Source: Phoronis australis (Eukaryota > Animalia > Phoronida). Taken from it: a DNA stretch of 64,000 bases. The stretch covers positions 112,048 through 176,047 of the forward strand of contig NMRA01000278.1 in NCBI GenBank assembly GCA_002633005.1. The letters run 5' to 3'. A program made the translations under genes and the position numbers. Each line of letters begins with the position of its first letter. The first letter of the stretch is position 1. This document shows, one piece after another, positions 1 to 11,769 of the stretch. A model generated the notes under the pieces. The model worked only from the letters and a program-made list of their open reading frames with translations. It had not been told where the DNA came from and did not search any database.

Positions 1-95
1 AACAATTAAAAAGGAAATCTGTTATAGGAATTGTACGTAATAGGTGGAAAATCGTCTCGTCGTTGTTGTTTTTACCAGTGCAATACTGAGGAGTT

Positions 96-360
96 GTGAG
101 GGAAGTCCGCGAAGAGCAGCCTTTTCCAGAGAGGACAAGGTGCGTTTGGGGAGGCTGTAGTAACAGCAACTTGATTGAGTTCAAATTTCCGAAACACGTG
201 GGAGCTGCGGAGAAATGGCTTCGGTTTGTGCGCCGCAAAAGAGTTTGGAATGTCAATGTGGAACACGCAATTCAGTCGGGAGACACACTTTGTTCGACAG
301 ATTTAAAAGAATAGTGTTTTGACCAAACGCAATGACAAAGTTACAATGAAGGACTCGCTA
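96..360 (+). pseudogene. Degenerate THAP zinc-finger domain (DNA transposon relic)
   Basis: Translates as RCVWGGCSNS..FKFPK..AEKWLRFV..LCSTDLKE*CFDQ, which fits the THAP pattern C-x4-C...FP...W...CS(x)HF, with a stop codon. Confidence 0.65.
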
Positions 361-417
361 CCTTGTAAGAGTATTTGAAATTTTTGTAAATAATGAGCAA
401 ACTGCTTTCATTCTAGG

Positions 418-1006
418 AGGAGTGCTGCCAGTCTCTCGACCCCGGCCCAGATCGAGTGTTACGACAAGAACTAGGCTTATGCATTAGACCGTGATCATTC
501 CATTATGGCAATTACGAGTGAATCAGAATTACTACAGCCTTTGCCAATGAATATTAAATGTCGTTTTCGTGAATATTAACCACCCCTGGTTCACTTGGTT
601 GTGTCACACATATGTATACAGCATTTCATGTGCGAGTGCATTTGGCCTGAAAGCCGACGAAAGTTTGCTAAGTGGGAAATCGTATTCGTTCTTCAAGTAC
701 TTGAGTGTGATGCCCATATCCTTTCTCATCTCTGTCTGTATAACAATTGTCCAGTTCTCGCTGAAAATCGTCCTCGTCTTCTGATCTGCTGTGTTCTGCC
801 ATTGCAATTGATTGTCAAGTGACCAAATATCTTCCACCCTTTACATCATTTGGCGGGAAACTAGGAAATAACAAATTTTTCTTCGAAACTAAAAAATTTC
901 ATGAATATTTGGGATAAAAGTGTTTATTAAGTTAGATTTTGTGGTATTTATTTCATACTAACTAACTAAAACCTCAAAAACTACGAAAACGCTAGGCAGG
1001 AACTCT
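418..1006 (+). mobile_element. Putative Kolobok/KolobokP-like terminal unit with a second THAP remnant
   Basis: Imperfect TIRs: aggagtgctgcc (418) and ggcaggaactct followed by TTAA (1007-1010). A frameshifted THAP-like segment (FVNINHPWFT..SHICIQHFMCECI) on + converges with an acidic ORF start MAEHSRSEDEDDF on - at about 803. Confidence 0.4.
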
Positions 1007-2519
1007 TTAAAACGCCAAAATAAAGCCTGAAACTACAATATCGCTTGAAGATGAGTGAGATAGATACCTTTTTGGTACACGCCGTGGAACTACCTACCTT
1101 TGTAATTCTAAGCCTCCAATAGTCAAAGCATTTGGATTCTATACCTTATCGTTGTACTCGAGTTTTTAAATTAAAACCTTACGCTTTTGGAGTATATTCA
1201 CAATATATCGTCAAAAATCGCATGAACTGGTGGCTTATTTAGACACGCACATATCCACTTTCTCATTTATAATGCACATGTCCAAAAGCACAATTAATAG
1301 GCGTCAGTGTACGATACATAGCTTTAGAGCATGTGATGGGGCTTTGACCTGAGTACATAGGAACCTGAACGTCAGTTATCTTCAGCTGAGCTATCCTAGC
1401 TCATACACGGTGCATTAGATTCGTAATAATCAGGGGGCACTAAACTTGGGGTAATAAAGTGTGCCCTAAACCGGCTGAATTTCCCCAGGATTTGCTGCGA
1501 TATGAGTGAGGGTGAGTTGGGTTTTGGGGGCGGCTTGGACCCGGGGAAGGCCCGGCCGGGAGGGTTGGGTGGCCCTGTACCATACGATGCTCGGGTGGGA
1601 ACCACTGCAGGTCCTCCAGGTACTTTTATGTTTGTGCATGCACTGTTATATGTAGTGCAATTTCCCTTGTATTTAAGGCATAGCAGCGTCTGGTAGGTGG
1701 GTGTGGTATGGTGTCAGTAGAGGTGCCTGTAATTTACAGCAACCAGAACTCCGGCTCTATCGTCGACCAGGGTGTGGCTGAGTTTTTAGCTTTGCAAAAG
1801 CGGTACTTCTCATCGTGAGGTATCCAATCTGTCCCCGCGGGCTGTGCCCCAAGTCGAAGGTCGTGCTTGCACTCCGGAGGGGGGATGCGTTTCAATGAAC
1901 ATGGATACAAATCCGGGAATGGCATCGGTCCATTTCTCATTGGTTCCGAATACCTTTTTCCTCCATCCCCTCTACCAGGGTCACGGCGGTGTGGCGGTGG
2001 ACAAGATTGTTCATCCAAGAACAACCATGCCCATGTGGTACATACTGAGCCACAACACCACGTTCCTTACAATATCTCTTTCTATCACTCCGGCTGGTCT
2101 GCTCACTAAGCTTGTCCGGAACCTGCTTTGCAGGTTGTTATAGCTTCAATTAAATGGATGTATAAACACAGTGACTTGCCTCAAAACATTTCTTCCGATA
2201 TCCACCTCTTTGCAGAAGACTGTTCCATCAGGAATAAAAAGGACTGAAAGTCACTCCAACATGATATCAACAAACTTGGTCATTGGGAATCAGTGTGGGG
2301 TATGCTGTTCAAAGCATCGAATGTTCTTCATGTACATCGGTAAAAGAAAAGTATAATCCAACACCACTTCCTTCCTAGCTCATTCCTGTCACCCCTGTTT
2401 AAGGCCAAATATCTTGGCATTACTATCTCTAACAATCTCATCTGGAATTCTCGCATCAATGCAACAGCTGCTTCTGTCAGTAAAACCTTTGGATTTCTAA
2501 ACTGATACATCTGGCAAAC

Positions 2520-3030
2520 TCGTCATAAAATTAAGGAAATATCCTATGCCGCTCTAGTCCGACCAAAACTAAAAGTACCACTCAACGGTATGGTCAAACA
2601 CACAAAAGCTCTTACCAACAATATCGAAATGGTGTAACGACGAGCTGCAAGATTTAGCCTGAATAGATATCACGATACTTCATCTGTCAATGAAATGATC
2701 TAATCCTAAAATGGCAAACCTTCGAATTCCGCCGATAATTCTACAAGCTTTCTATATTCCATAAAACTTTCCATCAAACCCTTGCCATTCCCAAAACCTA
2801 TTTGCATCTCTCCATCAGTACCCCTACACGTAGATGACACGGTATGTACTTCATAACACCTCTCCTGGAACAGCCTACCAGCCTACGTCATCGGCGCAGC
2901 CTCTCTGGATCACTTCCTCCTTTCATGTTAGTCATCATTGCTCTAAGAGCACATTGCAATGCACTCTCACACTTCACTCTTGTACATACCTCTCCCCATT
3001 GCACTTTAAATTTCGTAACATGCACCACTA
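2520..3030 (+). mobile_element. 3' fragment of a CR1-group LINE (decayed ORF2 C-terminus)
   Basis: Frameshifted IKEISYAALVRPKL..TVW..NIEMV*RRAARF..SSVNEMI..KWQTFEFRR, the typical post-RT region. Confidence 0.75.
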
Positions 3031-3246
3031 GAAGAACGCTGGAGTTCAAGTGTGACGAGTTTTTAGAGATATATAAATAGCTGTTATTTCTATTCTATAT
3101 GCGTATTTCAGACAACCTAAATCGTTGTTTTGGCAGTTCCAAATTACACATTTTAAAACCGAGATGAAATAAAAATGGAGCAGTTGATTACTTCAAAAAC
3201 AAAGCAGCCGATCTTCAGTCAAAAAAACACAATTCAACTACAGAAA

Positions 3247-6200
3247 TATTCCATTCATTCTTCGGATAACCCGGAAAACATTGCAACAGAAGGTTTTATT
3301 GCATAAATCGTATCCTTTCACACCCCTTATTGGGAAAAAATAGTCTACCGGAATCGGAGTGGTGGAAGTTGGTTTTTCAAGATGGCGGACAAAATGGCCG
3401 CCAGATTTTCTGATGAGCACTATAACTCAAGAGTGGAATGTGATAGAGTAAATATTCAAAAAGGTTTACCTATGTTTTGTGGGTCAAAAAATCCATTGGA
3501 AATGGTTTTACATGGCTGTGGTGACACTGTCTGCCATTTTCCAAGATGGCTGCCAAAATCTACTTGAGTTGCACAACTTCACACGAACAGATTAGTGTGT
3601 CGTCTTGCTTCAAACATCGCATCATAGGTTTTCTGGGTCGGCTAATCCATTGAGACTCATTACATTTGGCACTAACGATTATCCACCATTTCCAAGATGG
3701 CGGACAAAATGGCCGCCAGATTTCCAGATGATCTTTATAACTCGAGAGTGGAATGTGATAGAGTAAAAATTCAAAAATGTTTACCTATCTTTTTGCGGTC
3801 AACAAATCCATTGTAAAAGTTTTGCATGGCCGTGGTGACACCATCAGCCTTTTTCTAAGATGGCCTTCAAAATTATTTCGAATCGCACAACTTCGCACAC
3901 ACAGATTAGTGTGTCGTCTTGCTTCAAGTATCATAAATTTTCTGGTTCGACTAATCCATTTAGACTCATTGCGTTTGGCTCTAATGATTACTTCCACCAT
4001 TTTCTAAGATGGCCACGAAATAGTTGCTTCGTGTAAGAACTTCAGATTCAAGAGACACGCCATATCCTGAGTTTTTTAAGTCAGCACATCCATTACAATA
4101 TTTTTGTGTGGCTCTTGATGATTACGACTACCATTTTCAAAATGGTTTAACGAACAACTTATTTGGGTCAAAAACATCAGATTTGGCTGAACTGAATGAT
4201 CATTCTCCTGAAAAAATGTGCTGTATTGAAAATAACTCTCTGCAATTAATTCAGTGATCTACTATCCACACTGTCTGTGTCACTTCCAGTTAGTTGTAAA
4301 TGCTAGTGAATCTATACACAATCAACCAGTATTTACACAACTAATCTCTGTAAACTCAGAATGAATTGCTGCAGCTAAAACCACGGCATTCTCCACATGC
4401 AACCGAGTACACCTATCCTAACTTCTTGCAAGTACATCTCTTGGAACTGCAGTTCAGTTGGTCTTACACGAGCATCTCACTACTTTCAGCAGTTTCTCTG
4501 GTGCTGCTGAATGGTCCGTCGTCGTGGGAATGAATTTTCCACCTGCCAGCATCCATCCCCAATACAGCAAGTCTAGGCCACTGCCACGGAAGCTTGACCG
4601 CTCTTGCTCTTGATATTATGTCCCGGCAGCAAGGAATTTAGCTACAGAAGAAAGGTGGTGATAATGACTGTATTTGGGCTGTGGATAGTCCGACACCTCA
4701 TCCACAAATTGCCTGTATCGCAAATCATCCAAATTTCCAGAGCCAGTACCGCCATGAAGCACAGATACAACTCTTACCAGCTTCAAATATGTCTTGCTTC
4801 AGCTGCATGTGTCTAGTGAATACTCTTAGTGCTTTTGCAGAATTCTCGATCACGCTGTTTCTTGAATGGGAGAGCCTTTGCTAATACCGAACAGCTGTAA
4901 TGTTGTGTTGCAACCACCTATTGCATGCGCAAATGGCAAAGCTGCCCAAGTTTCGGCACCAAGAGACAACTGTAGTTCCTTCATGTCACAGACTGTCCTC
5001 TTGTTTTGGTGTCTCTTATCCAATTTCATGAACATGAAATTTGCAATGAGGGTAGTTGGACCTTGTACTGCGTTCTCTACTGCTGTTTCTACAATTAAAA
5101 CAACTGCGTCACCTTTAGCTTGTACCACTGTGCAACCAGCATTTCCTAGCAAACTTGACAAGAAGTGAGTGAATCGTTTGTTTTCGCTTTTTGCCAAAAA
5201 TGTACATTTTTTACTTGATCACCATGTCACCATTGAAGTGAACTTCAGTTCCAACCCCCCACCCAGTCTTTGAACATGAAAGACATCTATAGTTGATGGT
5301 CCATCTCAGTAACCATCAAAAACAACAATAGGCTGCGTGCACTTGCTGATGTAATCCACATATTAAGCTCTACCAAATGACTGATACGTTGCACCTCTAG
5401 GCCATGGAATACGGTGAAGGAGAGAACTGCCGTCGATTACATGCATCACCGTGTTTTCTGGAAATTGAAATCCTCAGGTAGTCCTCCACTGGTCCAGAGT
5501 GCATCAGCTCATATTGATTTATTAGTGACTCTGGGAAAACCAAATGTATCAAAAAGAACAAGGGAACCAACACACAGCTCAAACTTCAAAAGGCTTGATG
5601 AACTTTCACTGTTGTCTTTTGCAGCTGTCAGGATTCACTGAAATAGCAGTCGTGGATACATGTGTAAAATTACTATTAGCAACATGAATTCAACAATGCA
5701 ATGCTGCGGATGTCTTTGTCGTCACGCGACTGCCTAAGTACATTCTTTATGCTGCTGACTTCTTTCACATCTTAAGTTTGTCACAGTCTGCATGGCACCA
5801 TTTATACTTGAGCATGCCGGCAAGGAAAGCAACCACAGTGCATTCTGTGTATCTTCCATTTCGCAACCTCAAGTTAAACCTCCTGTTGTTTTAATGCTTT
5901 TCATGGTTATTTGTTCAATTACAAGGTCTTATCTCATTATGAAAAGCCTGCTCAGAATCACTTTGTCTTATGGTTTGTTGGCCGTAGACGTCTGGACGGG
6001 CGTCTTTGGGTTGCTATGTCTGCTTAAGTCAAGTATATGTATGAAAATTTTGCATAAGAGTTGTGACCAGCAGCTGCAAAGTAAGGCAGCATTTCAAAAA
6101 CTACTTTTAGGTGAAGCTCCCAATCTGAGGTTATTTCTGCTTTTAAAAAAGTCGAAGGATGTCAATCATCTTCATATACTGTAGTCAAAGACTAATGAAT

Positions 6201-8361
6201 GGACTTTGCATGGACAAGTCTGATTTATGTGCTTTGATTTTTTATGTATACCCACAAGACACTCCGACGAGCATACATCGTGGCACACACAGACGTCATG
6301 CCAGCAATAAGATCATCATACCGCTTCAGACCAGCTCTCACATCATCATGAAGAACATCATTGACCATTGATTCTTCTGACGAACTATTCTCTGTTATTG
6401 TGAATTCTGAAGACCTATACTCTGATTCAGTCTTTTTAATATACCAATGGCAGTAGGTTGGAAACCAGAAGTGAACTCTCGTGAGGGCATTCCACTGTAA
6501 TCCAAGGTTCAGAATCGGAAGACACTGGCTGGGCATGGCATGCCCCATGGCATACATATAGTTATGTGATCAGTTGGGATGTCTGAGATGTCTGAAGAGT
6601 CTGTCTCCATAATCTGACGAGCCAAAATTTTTGTACAAGCATTGAACTCCACCTCTTGGCATGTATTCTGTGTGTTCTGTATTGGTGACATTCCGGACTC
6701 CTGGAATTNTCGTGAGGGCATTCCACTGTAATCCAAGGTTCAGAATCGGAAGACACTGGCTGGGCATGGCATGCCCCATGGCATATATAGTTATGTGATC
6801 AGTTGGGATGTCTGAGATGTCTGAAGAGTCTGTCTCCATAATCTGACGAGCCAAACTTTGTGTACAAGCATTGAACTCCACCTCTTGGCATGTATTCTGT
6901 GTGTTCTGTATTGGTGACATTCCGGACTCCTGGAATTTCTGAAGAACCTCAATTTCTTTCTTCATTGGTTTTGGATTGGCGTTACTTGATCTGTCAATAT
7001 TTGGAAGTGGGATGTTGAATGTTCTGGCTTTTATTATAGCATTCAGTGCTAGTCTACCAACATGTGCCCCCTCACTGATCTATTCACAAAAGGATCACAC
7101 TGTTTGATGCATACACCGTTTCAAGAACTCCTTGAAGCCCTGTGCTTGACATTACGTATCCAATACATTCCAGAAAGCTCATCTCAGTATGAAATCTTCC
7201 GAGCCTGGCTAAGAACAAGTTACTGCAGATCACTATCGCTTTGTTTGCAGGCACTAATTTCCTCTAAAATCAGTTGCCTATGTTCATAAAAAGCATGTAT
7301 ATTAAACAAATTGTGGGTCCTAACAATTAAAATTTAATTAATAACTTTTTGTTACACAATCCTATTTGCTTTTCATCAAATTCAGGTGAAATCAGCAGCC
7401 AATTCTCAATACATGCCAGCAGCAGACAAAATCGATGCCTGGGAACAACTAATAATATCTCCAATAGCAGAGAAAAAGCCATTCCTGCCCAATTTTATTA
7501 AGGGTTTGTATAATGAATAAGCCAGTAACTCCACCACAATAACATCTTTTTCTAACAAATATTATTTTTGATACCTCAAATGAATATGTTTTACAGAAAA
7601 ATAATTGAGTTTGTAAAATTTATAATGAAAATTTAACTAAAGCCTTTTCTGAAAAACACACCAACTTTTGTGTTATATAATCTAAAATGTGATTAAAATT
7701 CCACATTTAGTATATAAATCTTAAAAAAAACAAATTATAGAAAGAATCAACTCATTAACCCTGACTATAGATTGTAAAATATTTGTGTGTAAATGCGTAT
7801 CAGGTTACAAACAGAGTTTGCAGAACGTAAATGCGGTAAATTGGGGTTTGTGAATTGGCAGCCATTTTGGCGGCCATTTTGTCAGCCATCTTGATTTTTT
7901 CTCGCAAACCAGTGACCAATTGTAAGGTCAAGATATTTTAAATTGTTTAACTTACAAAAGAATAAAACTTTTGCCATTTTCAGGGCAAAATATAAAAAGA
8001 AATCTTGTAACATGTACCAAATTGCCCTTTCGGCCGCCATTTTGTCGGCCCTATTGGATTTATTTTACGGAAAATCGGCATCTTTTGATTGGTATGCCTG
8101 TTATGAAAAGTATATAATCAATGACAAACTTTATTGTTTTATTTTTAGCTGTTTGATAAGAGTAATATGTCAGAAAACAGTAATCACCGGTTTTGTCGGC
8201 CATTTTTTCCGCCATCTTGAAAAACCGACTTCCGCCACTCCGATTTCGGTAGATTTTTTTCTGACACCAAGGGATGTTCGAAAATGCCATTTATGCAAAA
8301 AAACCTTCTGTTGCAATTGTTTCTAGGTTGAGCCCTCTGGAGCCCTAGAATGACTGGACTA
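3247..8361 (-). mobile_element. Academ-like DNA transposon, decayed
   Basis: Long imperfect TIRs (tattccattcattct... / ...agaatgactggacta), 3-bp AAA TSD, subterminal caagatggc repeats. Minus-strand transposase remnants: VFDGY, QAKGDAVVLIV, ALPFAHAIGGCNTT..FGISK, and a C-terminal Cys cluster CSCKT..CSSKRCTCKK..ACGECRG..CSN (about 4365-4475). Confidence 0.75.
6479..6938. other. About 230-bp near-identical tandem duplication split by a single N (probable assembly artefact)
   Basis: 6479-6708 is repeated at 6710-6938, with n at 6709. Confidence 0.75.
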
Positions 8362-8602
8362 AAAACATAAAGTATCAACTTGAGTTATGTCAAGACCCCG
8401 AATTATTGCGATTGTCGCATTATCAGCTAAAATAAATACATTGTACGGCATTGTACGAAACGTGATAACCCAAGGTATTGTCATGTTACCTTAGCAGCCA
8501 TTAGCACGATGTTTAACTTAAAAGTTTGAAGAGATTCCATCTGATTGATACTGACTAAACAAACGGAATCCAGTAAGACGTAGAGATGTAACACCTACTC
8601 AC

Positions 8603-8776
8603 ACGTATCGCAGAAACATGTATTGTAACACTTTCTTCGAATTTCGTCGCTGGTATCGCATGAACCACCGGCTGCTTCTCTTCGGCACCAAAAGGTGGAG
8701 GTTCGGCATACACTGCTTCCCTGTTCTCGGCACGCATTGGGGTCAGATCTTGGTTCCAATATGTCAACACAGTTAC
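8603..8776 (-). CDS. Multi-ShK gene, exon E (extended 8-Cys ShK-like domain); could be terminal if read through to the TAG at 8595
   Basis: Acceptor ttaattgcag|GT, donor ACG T|GTGAGT, 174 bp, phase 1-1. Encodes GNCVDILEPRSDPNACREQGSSVCRTSTFWCRREAAGGSCDTSDEIRRKCYNTCFCDT. Confidence 0.8.
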
Positions 8777-9098
8777 CTGCAATTAAACATGGAGGATTAA
8801 ACAACCGGGTTACATAAAAAATCCTATAATGCGTGACTCTGTGAGTTTCCGGGGGCAAATAAATCTTTTACATCAAATTTACTTGCAGCTACTCAAGTTA
8901 TCGTACCTTCTGTTTTTGCTTATAATTGCTATATTGAACACAATTCACACAAGGGTATGTACAGCAAGAAATACTGTGACACTGTAGTGTTTGCACTGAA
9001 TTAAATCTATTGTTTTAGTGGTCAATGCTTTCCCTGGGTCAATTCCCCTTCATCAATAAGAAAACAAGTTTAGCCCCTTTAATTGCATTATTTATTTA

Positions 9099-9257
9099 CA
9101 TAAGCGGATGCAGGGGGTCAAAGGGTCCGCACCCTCCCTTTTCCGTGAATTTTAGTAATATCAAATCTAGAAATTTCGTATTGTTGTCGTGGTCTCCCCT
9201 TTTTAAAAAATCCTTGATCTGACCATCCCTTTTCAAAAAATCCTGAGTCCGCCCCTG
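9099..9257. mobile_element. Small MITE (CAGGGGCGGA-type termini)
   Basis: Ends cataagcggatgcagg / cctgagtccgcccctg. Similar termini occur at 35328-35484 and about 63913. Confidence 0.5.
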
Positions 9258-9566
9258 CTTTCTATACCACACAATGTTGTAATGCATACTGTTGTGTACT
9301 TCCTACATGTAACGCTTAGAATCATTGCCGTTGCTCAAGGCAATTAAATCACTTTGTCCGATCACTTTTACATCGCTTTAAAGAAGGAGCCTTGAACTCA
9401 CACTACGTTCGCCAGTCGTCGTGAAAAAATCTGTAACCCCGACAGTTAGGGTACACCTCAATAAAATAAAATGTGATTACTCAGTACACCAGCTCCGGTA
9501 TAAGTTGTGTAAAACATATTTTATCAATAGGAAATTCCAAATTTACTGCTTAAATCACAATTATAC

Positions 9567-9725
9567 CTTGTGGCGTTCTAGTTGGTGCATCGATGTCTTT
9601 GTCGCATAAGTTGCAAGTTTTGGGGCAATATCTCTTTGCAATTAACGAGTAGAATACACTGGGTTTGTCGCAATGCCCCCTGTCTTTTATTTTTTTGCAA
9701 TGGTGTTTCCCGAAGCGATCAAAAC
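9567..9725 (-). CDS. Multi-ShK gene, exon D (one ShK domain plus Pro/Thr linker)
   Basis: Acceptor ttgttgcag|GT, donor CAA G|GTATAA, 159 bp. The junction codon T|GT supplies the first Cys: CFDRFGKHHCKKIKDRGHCDKPSVFYSLIAKRYCPKTCNLCDKDIDAPTRTPQ. Confidence 0.85.
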
Positions 9726-10666
9726 CTGCAACAAGTGGAGGCAAACGTGTACTTCGCCTTCAACATCATTGAAATCGCAGCACCTGTACTACTCACAATT
9801 TCTTGTTCACAGCATCTCTTAGAAAACGCTATAGCTACATATCGCAACTACAGTTCCATACTCATAACTTCATTCCATAATCAATCATGCCAATCCTCTG
9901 TTTACGTTTTCACATTCCAGGAAGGCGCGCACGCGAACACGCACGCGTGCAAGCACGCACCAACTCACTCATATCCTTAGTGGACAACATTTGCCGCAAC
10001 ATTTGGCACATAATTTCGACCAACTGTGTTGAAAGGTATTTTGTTACCAGATTGTTTCAAAACGGCGTACCCAAAGTCAGAGTGAAACTACAGAATTGTT
10101 AGAAAGAGGCTATGGCGAGTTGAAGGGGGGAATGTGATGGTGATTACAGATTAGTTTGAAGTAGTGTTGATTTTGCGAAGGCGGACCTTGGGATACTTCA
10201 ATGTATTTTTCTCCATCCAAGAAACCCTACTCGAATCCAACCCTTCCATCACATCCACCAATTGAACCCGTTTCCAAAGTTGGAATTCGCCCACGTCTTA
10301 ACCTAGGCTTTCTCGCAATGTCGCGCAGACGTACATGTAGCCTAAGCAGCAATGAAATTAGGCTAAAGGCATACGCTTTAAGCAGTGAACAACTACGATG
10401 TAAATCACGCATTGGCGCATTCCCATTAAGTTTCCGTTTCAGTATTTAACTACCTGTACTGATATTTGGCATGCATGTTACTGTTTCGTTTCTAATATTC
10501 CTCAGTTTATCCACCAACCTGTGTTAACCTACGTCCTTCCGTTTATACTATTTAACAACGAATCTACCAAGTTTGAGATATTCAGCAATCTCACAACTGA
10601 TGTTTGCTTCACATGTTGTCGTATCACACATTCCCCAATTAATCTTCCAATTAATGTTTGACTTAC

Positions 10667-10921
10667 ATGTTTCCGTATCACACATTCCACAAGCCTTCCT
10701 GCAGTTATGAGCCATCCACAAAATGTTCGAGTTGCATTCGCCATCTTTAGCCCACTTGATGCATTTCTGTTCACCAGCCTTGTTTTCGCAAGGTAAAACA
10801 AGCATTAAGCCTTCATCACCACATAGGCCACATGTTTTTCGGCATGGACGTATCCATCGCTTTTGGTTAACGCAGTCAGCGAATACATTGCACCCTTCCT
10901 CTGCGTCAACACATTCAGCAT
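10667..10921 (-). CDS. Multi-ShK gene, exon C (two ShK domains)
   Basis: Acceptor atatcgtag|AT, donor ACA T|GTAAGT, 255 bp. Encodes DAECVDAEEGCNVFADCVNQKRWIRPCRKTCGLC-GDEGLMLVLP-CENKAGEQKCIKWAKDGECNSNILWMAHNCRKACGMCDTET. Confidence 0.85.
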
Positions 10922-11769
10922 CTACGATATGGCGTGTGTAAGTTTAAAGTTTTTCAGCAGGAAACCAGAATATGTGATAAGTGTGACGAACGCACGTGCC
11001 ATTTTTTTAAAACCGCGCGTGCCAAATGTGCCAGTTAAAATAGTTGAAACGACTTCAACTACGCGGCAAATCTTGATCTTCCTTGTTCAGGCTTTTCAAT
11101 TTTCGTTGGTTCTGACAATTTAAATTATTAATTCTTCGTTAACGTTAATACTAATAAATTTGAGTAAACGCATGTCAACGTCACGATAGCGCAACCAGTC
11201 TGTGGGTGCGAATTGCACTAAAACGCCAGAGACGTCCTTCTCAAAGAGTTGCTCGCCCATTCACGAGTATAACAACTGTAACAACGTTTTTGATTATTTC
11301 ACAGTGAACATTTCTATCAAACAAAATTCGGATATCTTACTGATACCATTTTTTGCTTTGAAACTATATTTTAGATGAATTTTACTGAAAAGACACCTCC
11401 GCTTCGGAGACTGGTATAACGTTAAAAATTAAAATAAACAGGCTTTAATATTTCAGAAAATAGGTACTTTTACATGGGTTCGTTGATATTTGACTCAATA
11501 ATGAGGCGTCTATATATCGTATGAAATTAGCATGGTCAGAAACAACCAACATACGTATCATAACAACAAGCCCTTACCTGGGCCAGCGCACCTCGTGCAT
11601 GACCGGAAGCACAACCTGGACATTTGTGCCGAATTGGTTACGCACGCTCCGTATGCAGCTCTTGCTACGCAGATGTGAATTTTGTTTATGCAAAACTCGT
11701 TTTTGGGCCATTCGGATTCAGCTGACGAGAAAAATGAAAATGCTTTAGCGACCTATCGAACTTAAAGTT

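Noticed and set aside
604-837. Further ShK exon (KCTRT* motif)
   Set aside because: All minus-strand frames after the candidate acceptor hit stops, and the region is better explained as a THAP/Kolobok relic.
6479-6938. Recent tandem duplication inside the Academ element
   Set aside because: The copies are near-identical and joined by a single N, typical of an unmerged contig overlap.
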